A stretch of DNA of 64,000 nucleotides, counting the filler, from Sanchytrium tribonematis (taxonomy: Eukaryota), in the NCBI GenBank assembly GCA_018985235.1. It is 5 parts of 5 records of this genome, joined end to end, with 100 filler letters (N's around TTAATTAATTAA, not from the genome) between each part and the next. Parts side by side here need not be neighbours in the genome. Positions count along the whole stretch, not along the records: positions 13,035 to 25,953 come from JADGIG010000205.1; positions 26,054 to 38,943 come from JADGIG010000206.1; 3 more parts are not named here. One strand, written 5' to 3'. Made by a program: the position numbers and the translations under genes. Numbering within the stretch: position 1 is the stretch's first letter; the number at the start of each line of letters is the position of its first letter. Below the pieces are notes generated by a model. It ran no database searches, had not been told where the DNA came from, and saw only the letters and a list, made by a program, of their open reading frames with translations. Below, in pieces: positions 24,014-34,475 of the stretch.

Positions 24014-24905
24014 TTATTTTTTGTACTTTGTGACTTCAATCCCTCTTTTAATTTCTACTTTGGATGTTTTTACCCTGGAGGGACCTGGCACATTTCTTTC
24101 TCGTTCTTTTTTTAGAGTATGACTAGGTGTGGAATATTCGGAATTTTCTCCAAGTAATTCTTGGAATGGCAAAGGCAATTTCTGTATATGAACAGTTTGC
24201 ACCTCATTTAAATCCAATTTATGATCTGTAGGGCTGTTTGATAGTACTGGTATTGTCTCATTATTTAATGCAGACAATCCTCTCATAAATGCCTGTTTTA
24301 ATTTTGCTTCATACTGTTCTTTAGATTGTTGAACAGCATTCAACTGGTGTGTGAGAGAAGCAACTTGCTGTCGAAGCTATATGAGTAGGAATAACGTCTA
24401 TTATATCTGTTTCGTATCTTTGTCGCAATTCGTGAATTTCCTTGTCATGTTTAGCCTTAACCCTTTTTTCAAAAACTTTTTCTTTAGATTGTTCAATTTG
24501 CCCTTTCCAGCCCTCTAGCACTCTTCTCTTAAGGTGTCGCTCGTAAATCACGCTCGTGGTTTGTTCTTTAAGTTTTAAAATTGATGACGATTGGAATTTA
24601 ATTGCCCATACACTGTAATATTTATGTTTTAATTTTGAATATGCTGCTTTACAAAGAATACTAGCAGCATTTTCTAAAAATTCGTTTTTTAAATCCGCTT
24701 TTGCTTGTAGTTCTAAATTAATATTATTCAGATTTTGAAGCTTGTCTTGAACATCTTTCAGTTTTAATAAATGCTCGCGTTCAAATTCCGTCATTTTTGT
24801 ATTATATTCATGCTTCAGTTGATTATGAGAGTCTGCCATATCAGCTATGACTGCTTTCTTGAAAAGCATCGTCCACTTATCCAAATCTCCAGAAAGTTTT
24901 TCCAT
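24014..24905 (-). CDS. POC5: Centriolar protein POC5-like; join(complement 24396..24905, 24014..24376)
   Basis: Coiled coil with Sfi1-like W-containing repeats and LKQAFMRGLSALNNE (POC5 signature-like); 19-nt intron at 24377-24395. Confidence 0.75.
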
Positions 24906-24954
24906 TTTGGGCTTTTATATTGACCTAGTAACAAAGTTTTCACATAATTTATAT

Positions 24955-25953
24955 TTATTCTTCAGATTCTATCAATATCACTTCCTTAATCTTTCCATCT
25001 AAACCGCCACTTATTATTTTGTTGTTAAAAACATCCAATGTCCTGATAGTATTGGTATGAACTTTAATTTTCATCAAAATTGAGTCAGTAGTGGCGTGTT
25101 TAATAGCTAGATTCTTCTTGATCTCAAAAATGTATAAATGCTGGTCCGCACTTGTAGCAACAAAAGTGTTCGCATCCAGAAATTTGACTTTTGGCAAAAA
25201 ATACTCATTATGAATAACTCCATAGAATTTGGTAAGTAATTTAAATGGATAGAGTGAGCAGTACAAAATTAGTCCCGAGTCAGAGTCCGTAGTTAAAAGG
25301 GCGTGACCCTCAAATATATCCATGTCCATGACATTAAAGCTAATTACGTTGTCTCCAGTAGCATTAAGATTGTGGTGGTTCACCTCATTTTTGTACTCAT
25401 AAAGCTCATGGCTATTTTGGCAGGCAATAAATAAATTTTCGTCAACATATATTAGCTTTGAAATATTGCCTTGAAAATCTAGTGATTTAATTATGGTCAT
25501 GTTGTGATCCAAAATGACGACTCTATGATCATAGCCACCTGTCGCTATGTTGTTTCTATTTACGGAAATGGTATTTAAATACTTTTGATGAATTTGCACG
25601 ATTTCACATTCCTTTGTGTGTAAATTAGTTTTTGATAATTTACCGTCTATACCTCCCATGTAAATAAAATCTTCGTAAATTTCCACACATAATATTGGTG
25701 TTTTATGTCCTAATTTATCGGTGAGGTAATAATCGTGAGGTTGGATGCAAACAGATTTGTCGACACTACTCGATACGATTCTATCATCATGATATTTGCA
25801 GAACAAAATATTATCTGTGTGGGTATGCGATATTTCTTTGATATGGTAATCCTTAAACAATAGCGACTTTTTGCTTGAAGGATTTAGTTGAATCCACAAT
25901 TTTATCAAATCTTGCAATGTGGGTAAATCAACAGATTTGGTTTCAATATCTTG
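24955..25953 (-). CDS. WD40-repeat protein, probably 5' partial at contig end
   Basis: Multiple WD-like repeats (SSSVDKSV, TGGYDHRV, SGGLDGKI). Confidence 0.75.
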   Translation of the reverse strand, partial: QDIETKSVDLPTLQDLIKLWIQLNPSSKKSLLFKDYHIKEISHTHTDNILFCKYHDDRIVSSSVDKSVCIQPHDYYLTDKLGHKTPILCVEIYEDFIYMGGIDGKLSKTNLHTKECEIVQIHQKYLNTISVNRNNIATGGYDHRVVILDHNMTIIKSLDFQGNISKLIYVDENLFIACQNSHELYEYKNEVNHHNLNATGDNVISFNVMDMDIFEGHALLTTDSDSGLILYCSLYPFKLLTKFYGVIHNEYFLPKVKFLDANTFVATSADQHLYIFEIKKNLAIKHATTDSILMKIKVHTNTIRTLDVFNNKIISGGLDGKIKEVILIESEE

Positions 25954-26053
25954 NNNNNNNNNNNNNNNNNNNNNNNNNNNNNNNNNNNNNNNNNNNNTTA
26001 ATTAATTAANNNNNNNNNNNNNNNNNNNNNNNNNNNNNNNNNNNNNNNNNNNN
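25954..26053. other. Artificial contig spacer
   Basis: N44-TTAATTAATTAA-N44. Confidence 0.97.
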
Positions 26054-26559
26054 CTCTAGTTTCACGTTATCAGAATTGTGGTTATTCTCAAAGATCCAAT
26101 TGCCTGATGAATTTGCTAGAGCAATTTATCTCATCTTCTAATGCGTATGAAATAAGCCAGACAAGAATATTAATCTTTACTGATAAAAAGATATATTCTC
26201 GCTTTTTATATAGAGCCCTAAATGAGAACAACATACTTAAAAATTACAATCCTACCTTTATTGTGGGACAAGGTGGAAATGGTAAAATGAATTGGGAAAA
26301 AGATCAAAAACATATATTGAAGAATTTTGAAAAAGGAGTGTCCAAAATTTTGATCAGTACCTCTGTCCTTGAGGAGGGTTTAGATATATCACAATGCAGC
26401 CATGTAATATTATTCAACGATGAGGCTATAAATCATTTGAGAATGATTCAAATGAGAGGAAGGGCTCGTAAATCGGAAGGAAAATTCATCATTTTATCGA
26501 AGCTATTGTTAAACGAACCATTAAAGACTTGTCTAAAGAATGGAAGAATGTCAAACTAG
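26054..26559 (+). CDS. Dicer/RIG-I-like SF2 helicase C-terminal (Hel2) domain, 5' partial; probably the N-terminal part of the downstream RdRP gene
   Basis: Motif IV RILIFTDK, FIVGQG, motif V ISTSVLEEGLDISQC, motif VI MIQMRGRARK. Frame open from the contig start; overlaps the RdRP frame over 26472-26559. Confidence 0.85.
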
Positions 26560-29500
26560 ATATTAAATTAAGAGAATTTATCTCCAAGTTTAAATCCTCA
26601 AAAATAATAATACCGCAAGCCCCACATGAAAAACCATGTCTGAATGAAATCAGATTTGATTTTTTGACAGACGAGTATACTGATGATGACTTGGACAATC
26701 TAATATCTCTGTTGGGCAAATCAGATATAAAGTGTGAAAATTTTGTTATATCGTCCTCTCAGACTCATACTGAGCTACTATTTAATCTATCTGAAGCCTT
26801 GGCTTCTACCCTACCTTCTCTCTGTTGGAAAATTAGACCCAGCAATATTGACTTCAAGCCAGCAGTCGATCATATTCTTTTCTCCGTCAACCAGGTTTCT
26901 AGAGGATTTTCTGTAGACAAAACTCAATTTTGTTGTATAGATTCTACTCATCCGGAAAAAATCAAAATACTGGATTTTAATTTGAACGAACTTTCTTTGG
27001 AATTTCCCTACAAAACATGTATGGCAAAAGCACACTTTCAAACCATTTACCCAAATATATATATAGATTTGTGCGAGTCCAAAATGATGCTACTATTTAC
27101 TTCTCCGCCACTGTTTTACACCGATGGATCCAGGAAAAAACGCGAATTTTTGGATCTGAATTTTCAGCCGATGTACTTTGCTTTCGATTTAAATTTGAAA
27201 GACGAATTTTTGGTTTCTTTTTTACCATTCTATTCGGCTTTTGGCTCTTTTAACATACAATTTGTTTCCTTTAGTACAGTTTATTCCAAATTTGATTTGA
27301 ATGAATCCTCATTAAGTTTTGAATCTTTATGCTACATCTCAAAATATTCTTGTTATCTATATCCTGGTTTTAAAGTTAATCAAATACTTGATAAGACTGA
27401 GGATTTCGAAAAATTGATGTCTAATTTGCCAGTTCCATTTACAAAATTTGAGCCTAAATTATTTTCTGGAAACAAATATTTGCAGTCATTCAAATTTCAT
27501 AAAAGAGTACATAGATATATTTTTACACCAAGCAGAATGATCATTGAACCGTATCTGTTGGTGCATAATAATAGAGCCATCAATTTCGAGGAAGCAGATG
27601 TAGTCGAAAACTTTTGCCTATTTCAATTTTTGGATGAAAATTTCAACAAAGTAAAGCCAAGTGAAAAAAAATTGGTCGAAAGGTTGAATCAAATCTTACA
27701 AACGGGATTTTTTGGTCCCTACAAAAGAAAGTTTCGCTTTCTAGGTGCCACCTCCTCGCAAGTATTAGAGCATTCTGCGTGGTTTACGACTTATAACCCT
27801 GAAGAATTTTTGTCTTCGATGGGAAATTTTGAAGAGATATTAAACCCCGGTCTTCGTCTAAGTCGGATTGGCTTGCTTTTCAGTTCCACTATGTCAATAT
27901 GTAAAATTCCATCCGGATCATTATTTTCGGCTTCAGAGGACATATTTACACTTGATTTTAAGTTCAAATTTTCAGATGGCTGTGGGTCTATAAACTTAGC
28001 TGTGGCTCAAATAGTTCAAGATAAATTGGATCTTGACTTTCTTCCTTCAGCTGTGCAATTTCGAGTGGGTCCATATAAAGGAGTATTGAGTGTCAATAAT
28101 AGACAAGTTGAGCCTTTTAAATTCCGACCTTCTATGAAGAAATTCTTCAGTTTCAATAGAGCATTCGAAATTGTAGGATTTTCGAAACCCAATAAGTGCT
28201 ATTTAAATCGACAACTGATTATGATATTAACATCTTTGGGTTTGGAGGAAAAATTATTTTTAGATTATTTAGACAATGACATTAAAGACATATTCATGTC
28301 TAATATAAATTCTATACAGCAAATTCTTAGTCCAGATATCCCATTTTTCTCAAAAGACTGTTTAGATAGATTAGTCACCTTTAATGTCGAAAACGACAAT
28401 TTTTGGACTAATATAATCCATTTGACGAGAATATCGATGATTAAAAATTTAAAAGATAAGGCTAGAATTCATGTTCCCCAAGGTAGACTTTTACTTGGGA
28501 TTATCGACGAGTTCAATATTTTAAAGGAAAATGAGGTTTACATTGCAATCACCTTAGAAGATCAGAGTATAAAAGTCATTGAAGGCGATCTGATTCTTAT
28601 CAAGAATCCTTGCATACATCCTGGGGATTTAAGGCCAGCAACGGCGATTGGTAAACATCCAGATTATCATGGGCTAGTCGATGTCATTATCATGCCTTCA
28701 AAAGGTGTCAGGGATTTAGCCTCTCAAACTAGTGGTGGAGATTTAGATGGGGACCAATTTACTGTGATTTGGGATCCAAAATTGAGACCACCTGAATTTT
28801 TTGAGCCAATGACGGAAGGGCCGACGATAACGAGCAAATTCAAAGGTAGTATAATAGATGCATACATCAAGATTGTGACCGAGGATTGTATTGGCACTTT
28901 GAGTCATGCTCAACTAGCGTTGGCAGATCAAAGGCCTGGTCATTTCTTAAATCAAGATGTAATAGATTTTTCAGGTTTGATAAGCAAAGCTGTTGATTTT
29001 CCTAAAAGATTAACTTCTTTCGATTTTCCCACTGCTATAGTTGATGACTTAAAATACCCAGACTATTTGGAAAAACACAGCAGTATTAGCTACATCAGCA
29101 CCCATGCGCTAGGTTTTATTTATAGAAAGTGCAAATCTTATCTAAATCTTACAAAGCCAAAAATTACTCCTCAAATTATGAGTCATGATTACCAAAGCGT
29201 ATTTGAAGATGCATACAATGAGTACAGCAACAAGCTTTTTAGCATTGGAAGACTATATCAATGTGAAAATGAGTACGAAATTCTTACTGGGTGTGTGATA
29301 TTGAAGGCATTTAGGAATAAAGAGTCCAGAATTAGGGCGCATGTTAACCAAATGGTCTCGGTTTTGACCAAAGAAACTAGGGTTAGAATAATGCAGATCA
29401 TGAGGAACGAGTTAGATAGTTCATCCACAAATGAGAGGGGGCTACTTCTCAAGAAATTAACCAAGGCCTTAAAATGTTTTCAATTGCAATCATTTGGATG

Positions 29501-31886
29501 GTGTGTATACGAAATTTTGTTTGAACACGATGCAACAAAAATTGTTACTGGTTCTAGTATCAACACAGATCGAGGACTGAATGTTGAATTGAAAAAATAC
29601 TTTGATGTTGCTAAAAAAGACATCTTAAGTGAATATCAAAATAGAATACATTTGATGAATAGGGTTGACCTAGTTTGTAGATCCATTCATCCAGAGTACA
29701 AGGCATTTTTGTATGGTAGCAGTTCGTATTTACTATTTGATTATTTCAGTGATACCGATATAGGTATATATTCTAATGAACCTATCCTAGAAGCAATGTA
29801 TGTCTTGCTTAAAGCAGAATTCCAATCAATACAATATATCAAAAATGCTAGAGTTCCAATTCTAAAGTCGACTACCCCAAGTTTTGATATATCTCAGAAT
29901 ATAAAAGGAATTTGTAAAACTTTAATAATTTTACATGTTATTGATACTAACCCCGAATTTTATGCGCATTTTTTATTGATTGCACAATTTGGTAGATCAT
30001 TTGGTTTAATCCAGTCGCAAAGACTAAATGAATTATCTCAAATAATAAGCACATTTGGCCTCATTTATTTATACATCCAACATATAAGACAATTTAACGA
30101 GTTCCATATTATGTCCGATGCCACAGTCATGAAAAATTATGAAAGCGATATTTTAACATATATTGAAAAATTACCTAAAAATTTGGACAACATAATTGAA
30201 AAATTGGAAAATTTAAAGTTTGAATCTAGTTACGTCTTAATTTCTTTTTTTCAAAAGTACTCAAAGGCCAAGGCGATTAAAGTGGATGATCCTGTCAATT
30301 TTGGACAAAGTTTGGTAAATATTGCAGACGAAAAAATAATATACTTTAATAGTGCATGCTTGGAATTTTTGGACTTGTTGCATATATACAAGAATAATAT
30401 CTCCAAATTGTTTGAAAAAAAGGATATCAAAAGCATCATTCGACTTCCAAATCACATCAAACATGAATTTGAAACTAAATTAAGCTTTTATAAAGAAAAT
30501 ATAATTCAACAAGCTTCCAAATTAGCAAAACGCAAAATTTTGGTTGATCTGACAATTGACGTGAAAACTTACAATTCCTTTGTGCATCTAAGTGGTCCCT
30601 CTGAAGATATAGGAATTGTTCAGCCGATTTTGAACTCACTCATTCAGGATATTGTTCACTACAAAAGAGGAAGCGGAGGCGCAACATACCTTCTAGGTTC
30701 TTTCCATTTAATGGTCGAAGACTCGAGTCATGATTTTACAGTAGTACAATTTGAAAAATTGGAGCGAAACAAATCTATTCGAGATGAGTTGTATTTTATC
30801 AAATCACAACAAGAACGCCTTGATAATAATTTAATGAAATTTCGTATTGCGTGCAAAGACCAATTGTTACACCTAGATTGTGCCGAGTCTTTATCAAGAT
30901 TTAAGGCGACTGTAAAGTTTGGAAACTTATATTTTAAGAATATTGAAAATGCAGCTATGGAAATTCACGAGTTGGAAGATTTGCTCGTTCATTCCTTAAA
31001 TCAAACTTCTATGGATAAGATAGATGATAAGAAGGTCGAAGATGATCAAAACCAAAACTTTCGTTCTCTTAAAATTTTAGATTTTGATAATTCCTCCAAC
31101 GCTGTTAAAGAACAAAGAAAAAAGTTTCATATGAAAAAAGTTCGATCTTTTGGCAACAAAAAGGCAAAACCTTCAATTGCATTTTCTAGAGCAATAGTCA
31201 TTTCTGAGACCTTGTGCAATTTTTTAGTGTCACAATTTCAGCTGGAACATTACTCAACTATTCAGGAGCTTGTTATTTCATCAAAAATTGATGGCCAGCT
31301 TTGTAAGATTGTTATAGATGTCAGCTATGCACCTAAATTTTCGAAAATTTTGAAACATTCAAAGCGCTTGTTGGATGCCAATCTTGTGACAAACGACTCT
31401 CTTTTGAAAGTCCCGGATATAAGATATAACATTGAATCCAAAGATTTTATTAAGGATATAAAGGAAGAATACAGATCCATTTTAAATATTAATCAGGCCA
31501 TAAAATCAATTGGAAATATCAAATTTATTGAGCGAGATGAAGTGAATGCTACTTTTCCTTTTAAATTAGACTCTGAAGTCTTGAAGATGTTTAATGCATC
31601 TCACATCCGATATATCGTCAGAAAAGGGTTTTCTTGTTCCATGAATCCTGATGGCGCATTCAATTTAATCAGTCTGGAATACTTTAAAAGATTTTATATT
31701 AATAAGGTATGTAATGCAGAAGTGAGAAATGGAGAAGCTAAAGTAATTTCCGATTCAGTAGAAATACAAATTGATGTCAACATGCCCAAGTCAACAAAAA
31801 AGGACTCCGAAATGGAAAGATTTGCAGAAAGCTTTTACAACTTAGGCACCGATGTAATCAAAGTGATGCGAGAAAATGTTTTGTGA
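26529..31886 (+). CDS. Cellular RNA-dependent RNA polymerase fused to a Cid1/TUTase-family nucleotidyltransferase and an unknown C-terminal region
   Basis: RdRP: FSDGCG, QFRVGPYKGVL, RPSMKKF, LNRQLI, KNPCIHPGD, SGGDLDGD (28740-28754), AVDFPK. NTase: LYGSS..SDTDI (29712-29762), ARVPILK, FDIS (29886), FFQKYS, DDPVN. Confidence 0.92.
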   Translation: MSKEWKNVKLDIKLREFISKFKSSKIIIPQAPHEKPCLNEIRFDFLTDEYTDDDLDNLISLLGKSDIKCENFVISSSQTHTELLFNLSEALASTLPSLCWKIRPSNIDFKPAVDHILFSVNQVSRGFSVDKTQFCCIDSTHPEKIKILDFNLNELSLEFPYKTCMAKAHFQTIYPNIYIDLCESKMMLLFTSPPLFYTDGSRKKREFLDLNFQPMYFAFDLNLKDEFLVSFLPFYSAFGSFNIQFVSFSTVYSKFDLNESSLSFESLCYISKYSCYLYPGFKVNQILDKTEDFEKLMSNLPVPFTKFEPKLFSGNKYLQSFKFHKRVHRYIFTPSRMIIEPYLLVHNNRAINFEEADVVENFCLFQFLDENFNKVKPSEKKLVERLNQILQTGFFGPYKRKFRFLGATSSQVLEHSAWFTTYNPEEFLSSMGNFEEILNPGLRLSRIGLLFSSTMSICKIPSGSLFSASEDIFTLDFKFKFSDGCGSINLAVAQIVQDKLDLDFLPSAVQFRVGPYKGVLSVNNRQVEPFKFRPSMKKFFSFNRAFEIVGFSKPNKCYLNRQLIMILTSLGLEEKLFLDYLDNDIKDIFMSNINSIQQILSPDIPFFSKDCLDRLVTFNVENDNFWTNIIHLTRISMIKNLKDKARIHVPQGRLLLGIIDEFNILKENEVYIAITLEDQSIKVIEGDLILIKNPCIHPGDLRPATAIGKHPDYHGLVDVIIMPSKGVRDLASQTSGGDLDGDQFTVIWDPKLRPPEFFEPMTEGPTITSKFKGSIIDAYIKIVTEDCIGTLSHAQLALADQRPGHFLNQDVIDFSGLISKAVDFPKRLTSFDFPTAIVDDLKYPDYLEKHSSISYISTHALGFIYRKCKSYLNLTKPKITPQIMSHDYQSVFEDAYNEYSNKLFSIGRLYQCENEYEILTGCVILKAFRNKESRIRAHVNQMVSVLTKETRVRIMQIMRNELDSSSTNERGLLLKKLTKALKCFQLQSFGWCVYEILFEHDATKIVTGSSINTDRGLNVELKKYFDVAKKDILSEYQNRIHLMNRVDLVCRSIHPEYKAFLYGSSSYLLFDYFSDTDIGIYSNEPILEAMYVLLKAEFQSIQYIKNARVPILKSTTPSFDISQNIKGICKTLIILHVIDTNPEFYAHFLLIAQFGRSFGLIQSQRLNELSQIISTFGLIYLYIQHIRQFNEFHIMSDATVMKNYESDILTYIEKLPKNLDNIIEKLENLKFESSYVLISFFQKYSKAKAIKVDDPVNFGQSLVNIADEKIIYFNSACLEFLDLLHIYKNNISKLFEKKDIKSIIRLPNHIKHEFETKLSFYKENIIQQASKLAKRKILVDLTIDVKTYNSFVHLSGPSEDIGIVQPILNSLIQDIVHYKRGSGGATYLLGSFHLMVEDSSHDFTVVQFEKLERNKSIRDELYFIKSQQERLDNNLMKFRIACKDQLLHLDCAESLSRFKATVKFGNLYFKNIENAAMEIHELEDLLVHSLNQTSMDKIDDKKVEDDQNQNFRSLKILDFDNSSNAVKEQRKKFHMKKVRSFGNKKAKPSIAFSRAIVISETLCNFLVSQFQLEHYSTIQELVISSKIDGQLCKIVIDVSYAPKFSKILKHSKRLLDANLVTNDSLLKVPDIRYNIESKDFIKDIKEEYRSILNINQAIKSIGNIKFIERDEVNATFPFKLDSEVLKMFNASHIRYIVRKGFSCSMNPDGAFNLISLEYFKRFYINKVCNAEVRNGEAKVISDSVEIQIDVNMPKSTKKDSEMERFAESFYNLGTDVIKVMRENVL

Positions 31887-31909
31887 AATAAATTTATTGT
31901 TTCGGTCAA

Positions 31910-32401
31910 ATGGAAAAATTAAAAACAGAAAGAACAAAATCAGTCCAATATGAAAATGCTAGACAAATTTTGAATCAGGTGCCTGGTCAGAACATAGGAC
32001 CTAGAAGAGCCACCATACAAGCTGATGCTGGGGATTTTGAAAATGTGGTGGACCGATTAAAAACACAAGAATTGAAATTGATTAAAAAAAGCAAATTATC
32101 AATTAATCAAGTTGGCAGCCAGAATATTAGCACAGCAAAAATAGAAATTAAAAATCCAAAAGAAATTAAAATTGATATCACAAATGAAAAATATTTACTG
32201 CCATCATCTTTGATCACACCAACAAATTTGCGCAAAGAATTATCTGATTTGCAACTTAGCCAAGAGGTAATTACGGCAGGAATTCCAATCTTAAAAAGAA
32301 TTAGGCTAAAAGCCATAGAAGAACTAGGTAAGAAATCGGAATATGTAAAGCGTTGTGAAGAACATATTGATTTAATTATGAAACATGGCGGCGATTTATA
32401 G
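31910..32401 (+). CDS. Hypothetical protein
   Basis: 163-aa ATG-initiated ORF filling the space between genes; no family recognised. Confidence 0.6.
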   Translation: MEKLKTERTKSVQYENARQILNQVPGQNIGPRRATIQADAGDFENVVDRLKTQELKLIKKSKLSINQVGSQNISTAKIEIKNPKEIKIDITNEKYLLPSSLITPTNLRKELSDLQLSQEVITAGIPILKRIRLKAIEELGKKSEYVKRCEEHIDLIMKHGGDL

Positions 32402-32435
32402 TTTTTAATAAAAGTCCAGTTTTGCCTCTAATTTC

Positions 32436-33629
32436 ATGCTTTTCGAATTAAGCATTTTATTTTATGTTGCGTTGTTAAGATTTGAGAATGTTGATCATTC
32501 ATTCTTATACAAGACCAAATATAATTGGATTCGAGAATTTTCATTAGATTTCCAGACAGTCAATCATTGTAGTAGAAGTGTGGGTGTTCGTTATAATTAT
32601 ATCAAGGAAGCCCGTTTCAAATATTTTATAGTATTAAATTTACACAACAGTGACCAAATATTACCAAATATGGCACTGCAAATCAACAAATTAATATTTT
32701 CATGGCTGGGTACTGACAATGTCTACATATCGATTTACGAGTCGGGAAGTAGTGATTACACCAAAGAATACCTTCGACAGTGGTCAAAATTGTTGAATAC
32801 CAATAAAGTGAGGCACCATTTCCAAACGGAAACTATATCTAAAACAAAACAAATGAATAGGATAGATTATTTAGCAAGAGTGCGCAATAAAGCCCTGGAT
32901 CCATTGAAATACCTCTCAAACATTGTGTTCGATCACTCAATATTTTTAAATGATATTCTCTTTTGTGTCGACGATCTGCTGGAATTAATCCATCAGCGCA
33001 TCTTTCAAAATGCGTCAATGGTTGCGGGGCTAGACTTTGATATGAAAAAGGATAGACTCGGATTCTACGATAATTGGGTGATGCGGGATATGAATGGCGA
33101 GATTCCGCATTTCTTTATAGAGAATTTGATGACTGATCCCAAAAGTAATATAGATATTCAAATGCGAGATCCTACACAAGTGATTTGTATTTGGAATGGC
33201 GCTGTTGTCATTGACCCTCAAATATTTCATGAGACTATATTTTTTCGAAGAGGCAACAATCGAGAACCCGGGTTAAACAAGCCAGGCGAATGTTCTGCCA
33301 GTGAAATCACGACATTTTGCATGGATATGATCAGAAACGGATTTGATAAAGTTGTTTTAGTTCCTACTGTCCATGTAGTTTACAATATGAAAGACTTCAA
33401 AAAGCTAAAATTTGGGAACGATCCATTAAGTAAAGAATCTACAAATGTTAGGATACAAACTAAAAAGGTCCAATTCAGACCATTACCCCAATCATTTGTA
33501 TGCGAGCCGTATCATGATCATTGGAGGCTTAATGGACCTAACAAAAAACTGAGCTATAAAGAAGCAATTCCGCCAAGAATTGTCAAAACCAAGGTGTTTC
33601 AAAGACCCTTAAAATTTTCAGCAAGTTGA
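32436..33629 (+). CDS. CAP59/CMT1-family alpha-1,3-mannosyltransferase (GT69)
   Basis: ISIYESGSSD, RIDYLARVRNKALDPL, FLNDILFC, FYDNWVMRD, CIWNG, CSASE. Confidence 0.88.
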   Translation: MLFELSILFYVALLRFENVDHSFLYKTKYNWIREFSLDFQTVNHCSRSVGVRYNYIKEARFKYFIVLNLHNSDQILPNMALQINKLIFSWLGTDNVYISIYESGSSDYTKEYLRQWSKLLNTNKVRHHFQTETISKTKQMNRIDYLARVRNKALDPLKYLSNIVFDHSIFLNDILFCVDDLLELIHQRIFQNASMVAGLDFDMKKDRLGFYDNWVMRDMNGEIPHFFIENLMTDPKSNIDIQMRDPTQVICIWNGAVVIDPQIFHETIFFRRGNNREPGLNKPGECSASEITTFCMDMIRNGFDKVVLVPTVHVVYNMKDFKKLKFGNDPLSKESTNVRIQTKKVQFRPLPQSFVCEPYHDHWRLNGPNKKLSYKEAIPPRIVKTKVFQRPLKFSAS

Positions 33630-33684
33630 TTGGGCACAACACGTGCAGAATTGAAATGTCACTCGAAAAATAAACAATTACTTC

Positions 33685-34456
33685 ATGACTGCAGGCAAAA
33701 ATAAGAGAATTTCCAAAGGAAAGAAGGGTGGAAAGAAGAAGATCATAGATCCATTTTCACGTAAAGAATGGTATAATGTCCAAGCACCAGCATTATTTAA
33801 GCAAAACACATTGGGATGGACTCTTGTTAATAGATCTCAAGGTATGAGAAATTGTGTCGATGATTTAAAGGGAAGAGTATTTGAGTCATCTCTTGGAGAT
33901 TTGAACAAAGATGAAGAACAAGCCTTTAGAAAGATGAGTTTTGTTGTCGAAGAAGTTGTCAATAATGAATGTTTGACTGGATTCCATGGCATGAGCATCA
34001 CATCCGACAAACTTAAATCTATGATTAAAAAGTGGCAGTCTCTGGTTGAAGTTTGCATTGATGTCAAAACCACTGATGGATATCTTCTAAGAGTTTTTGT
34101 TATTGGATTTACCAAGAGACGTCAAAGACAAGTCAAGAAAACTGCATATGCACAATCCGCTCAGATTAGGGAAATCAGAAAGAGATCTTTTGAAGTTATT
34201 CAAAAAGAAGCAAACTGTGAGTTGAAAGAATTAATTCAAAAATTGTAAATCATATTTATTTAGCTCTGCTGAAACTATCGGAAGACAAATTACTAAAGCT
34301 ACTAATGGAGTATATCCATTGCAGAATGTGTATGTTAGAAAAGTGAAAGTTTTGAAAACACCAAAAACTGATCTTAGCACATTTTTGGAATTGCACGAGA
34401 CTGGAAAGAAAGTCGATGGCGGATTCAAGGAGCCAGAAATTTTAGAAGAAGTTTAA
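33685..34456 (+). CDS. RPS1: 40S ribosomal protein eS1 (S1/S3a); join(33685..34244,34264..34456)
   Basis: [25 protein letters not shown] 19-nt intron at 34245-34263 gives [36 protein letters not shown]. Confidence 0.97.
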
Positions 34457-34475
34457 TTTTAAATAAATTTACTTT

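Noticed and set aside
26508..26526. 19-nt GT..AG segment as an intron joining helicase and RdRP
   Set aside because: Splicing gives TTA CTT GTC TAA (stop), and the segment lacks the -8 T/-6 A motif; a 3n+2 removal is needed.
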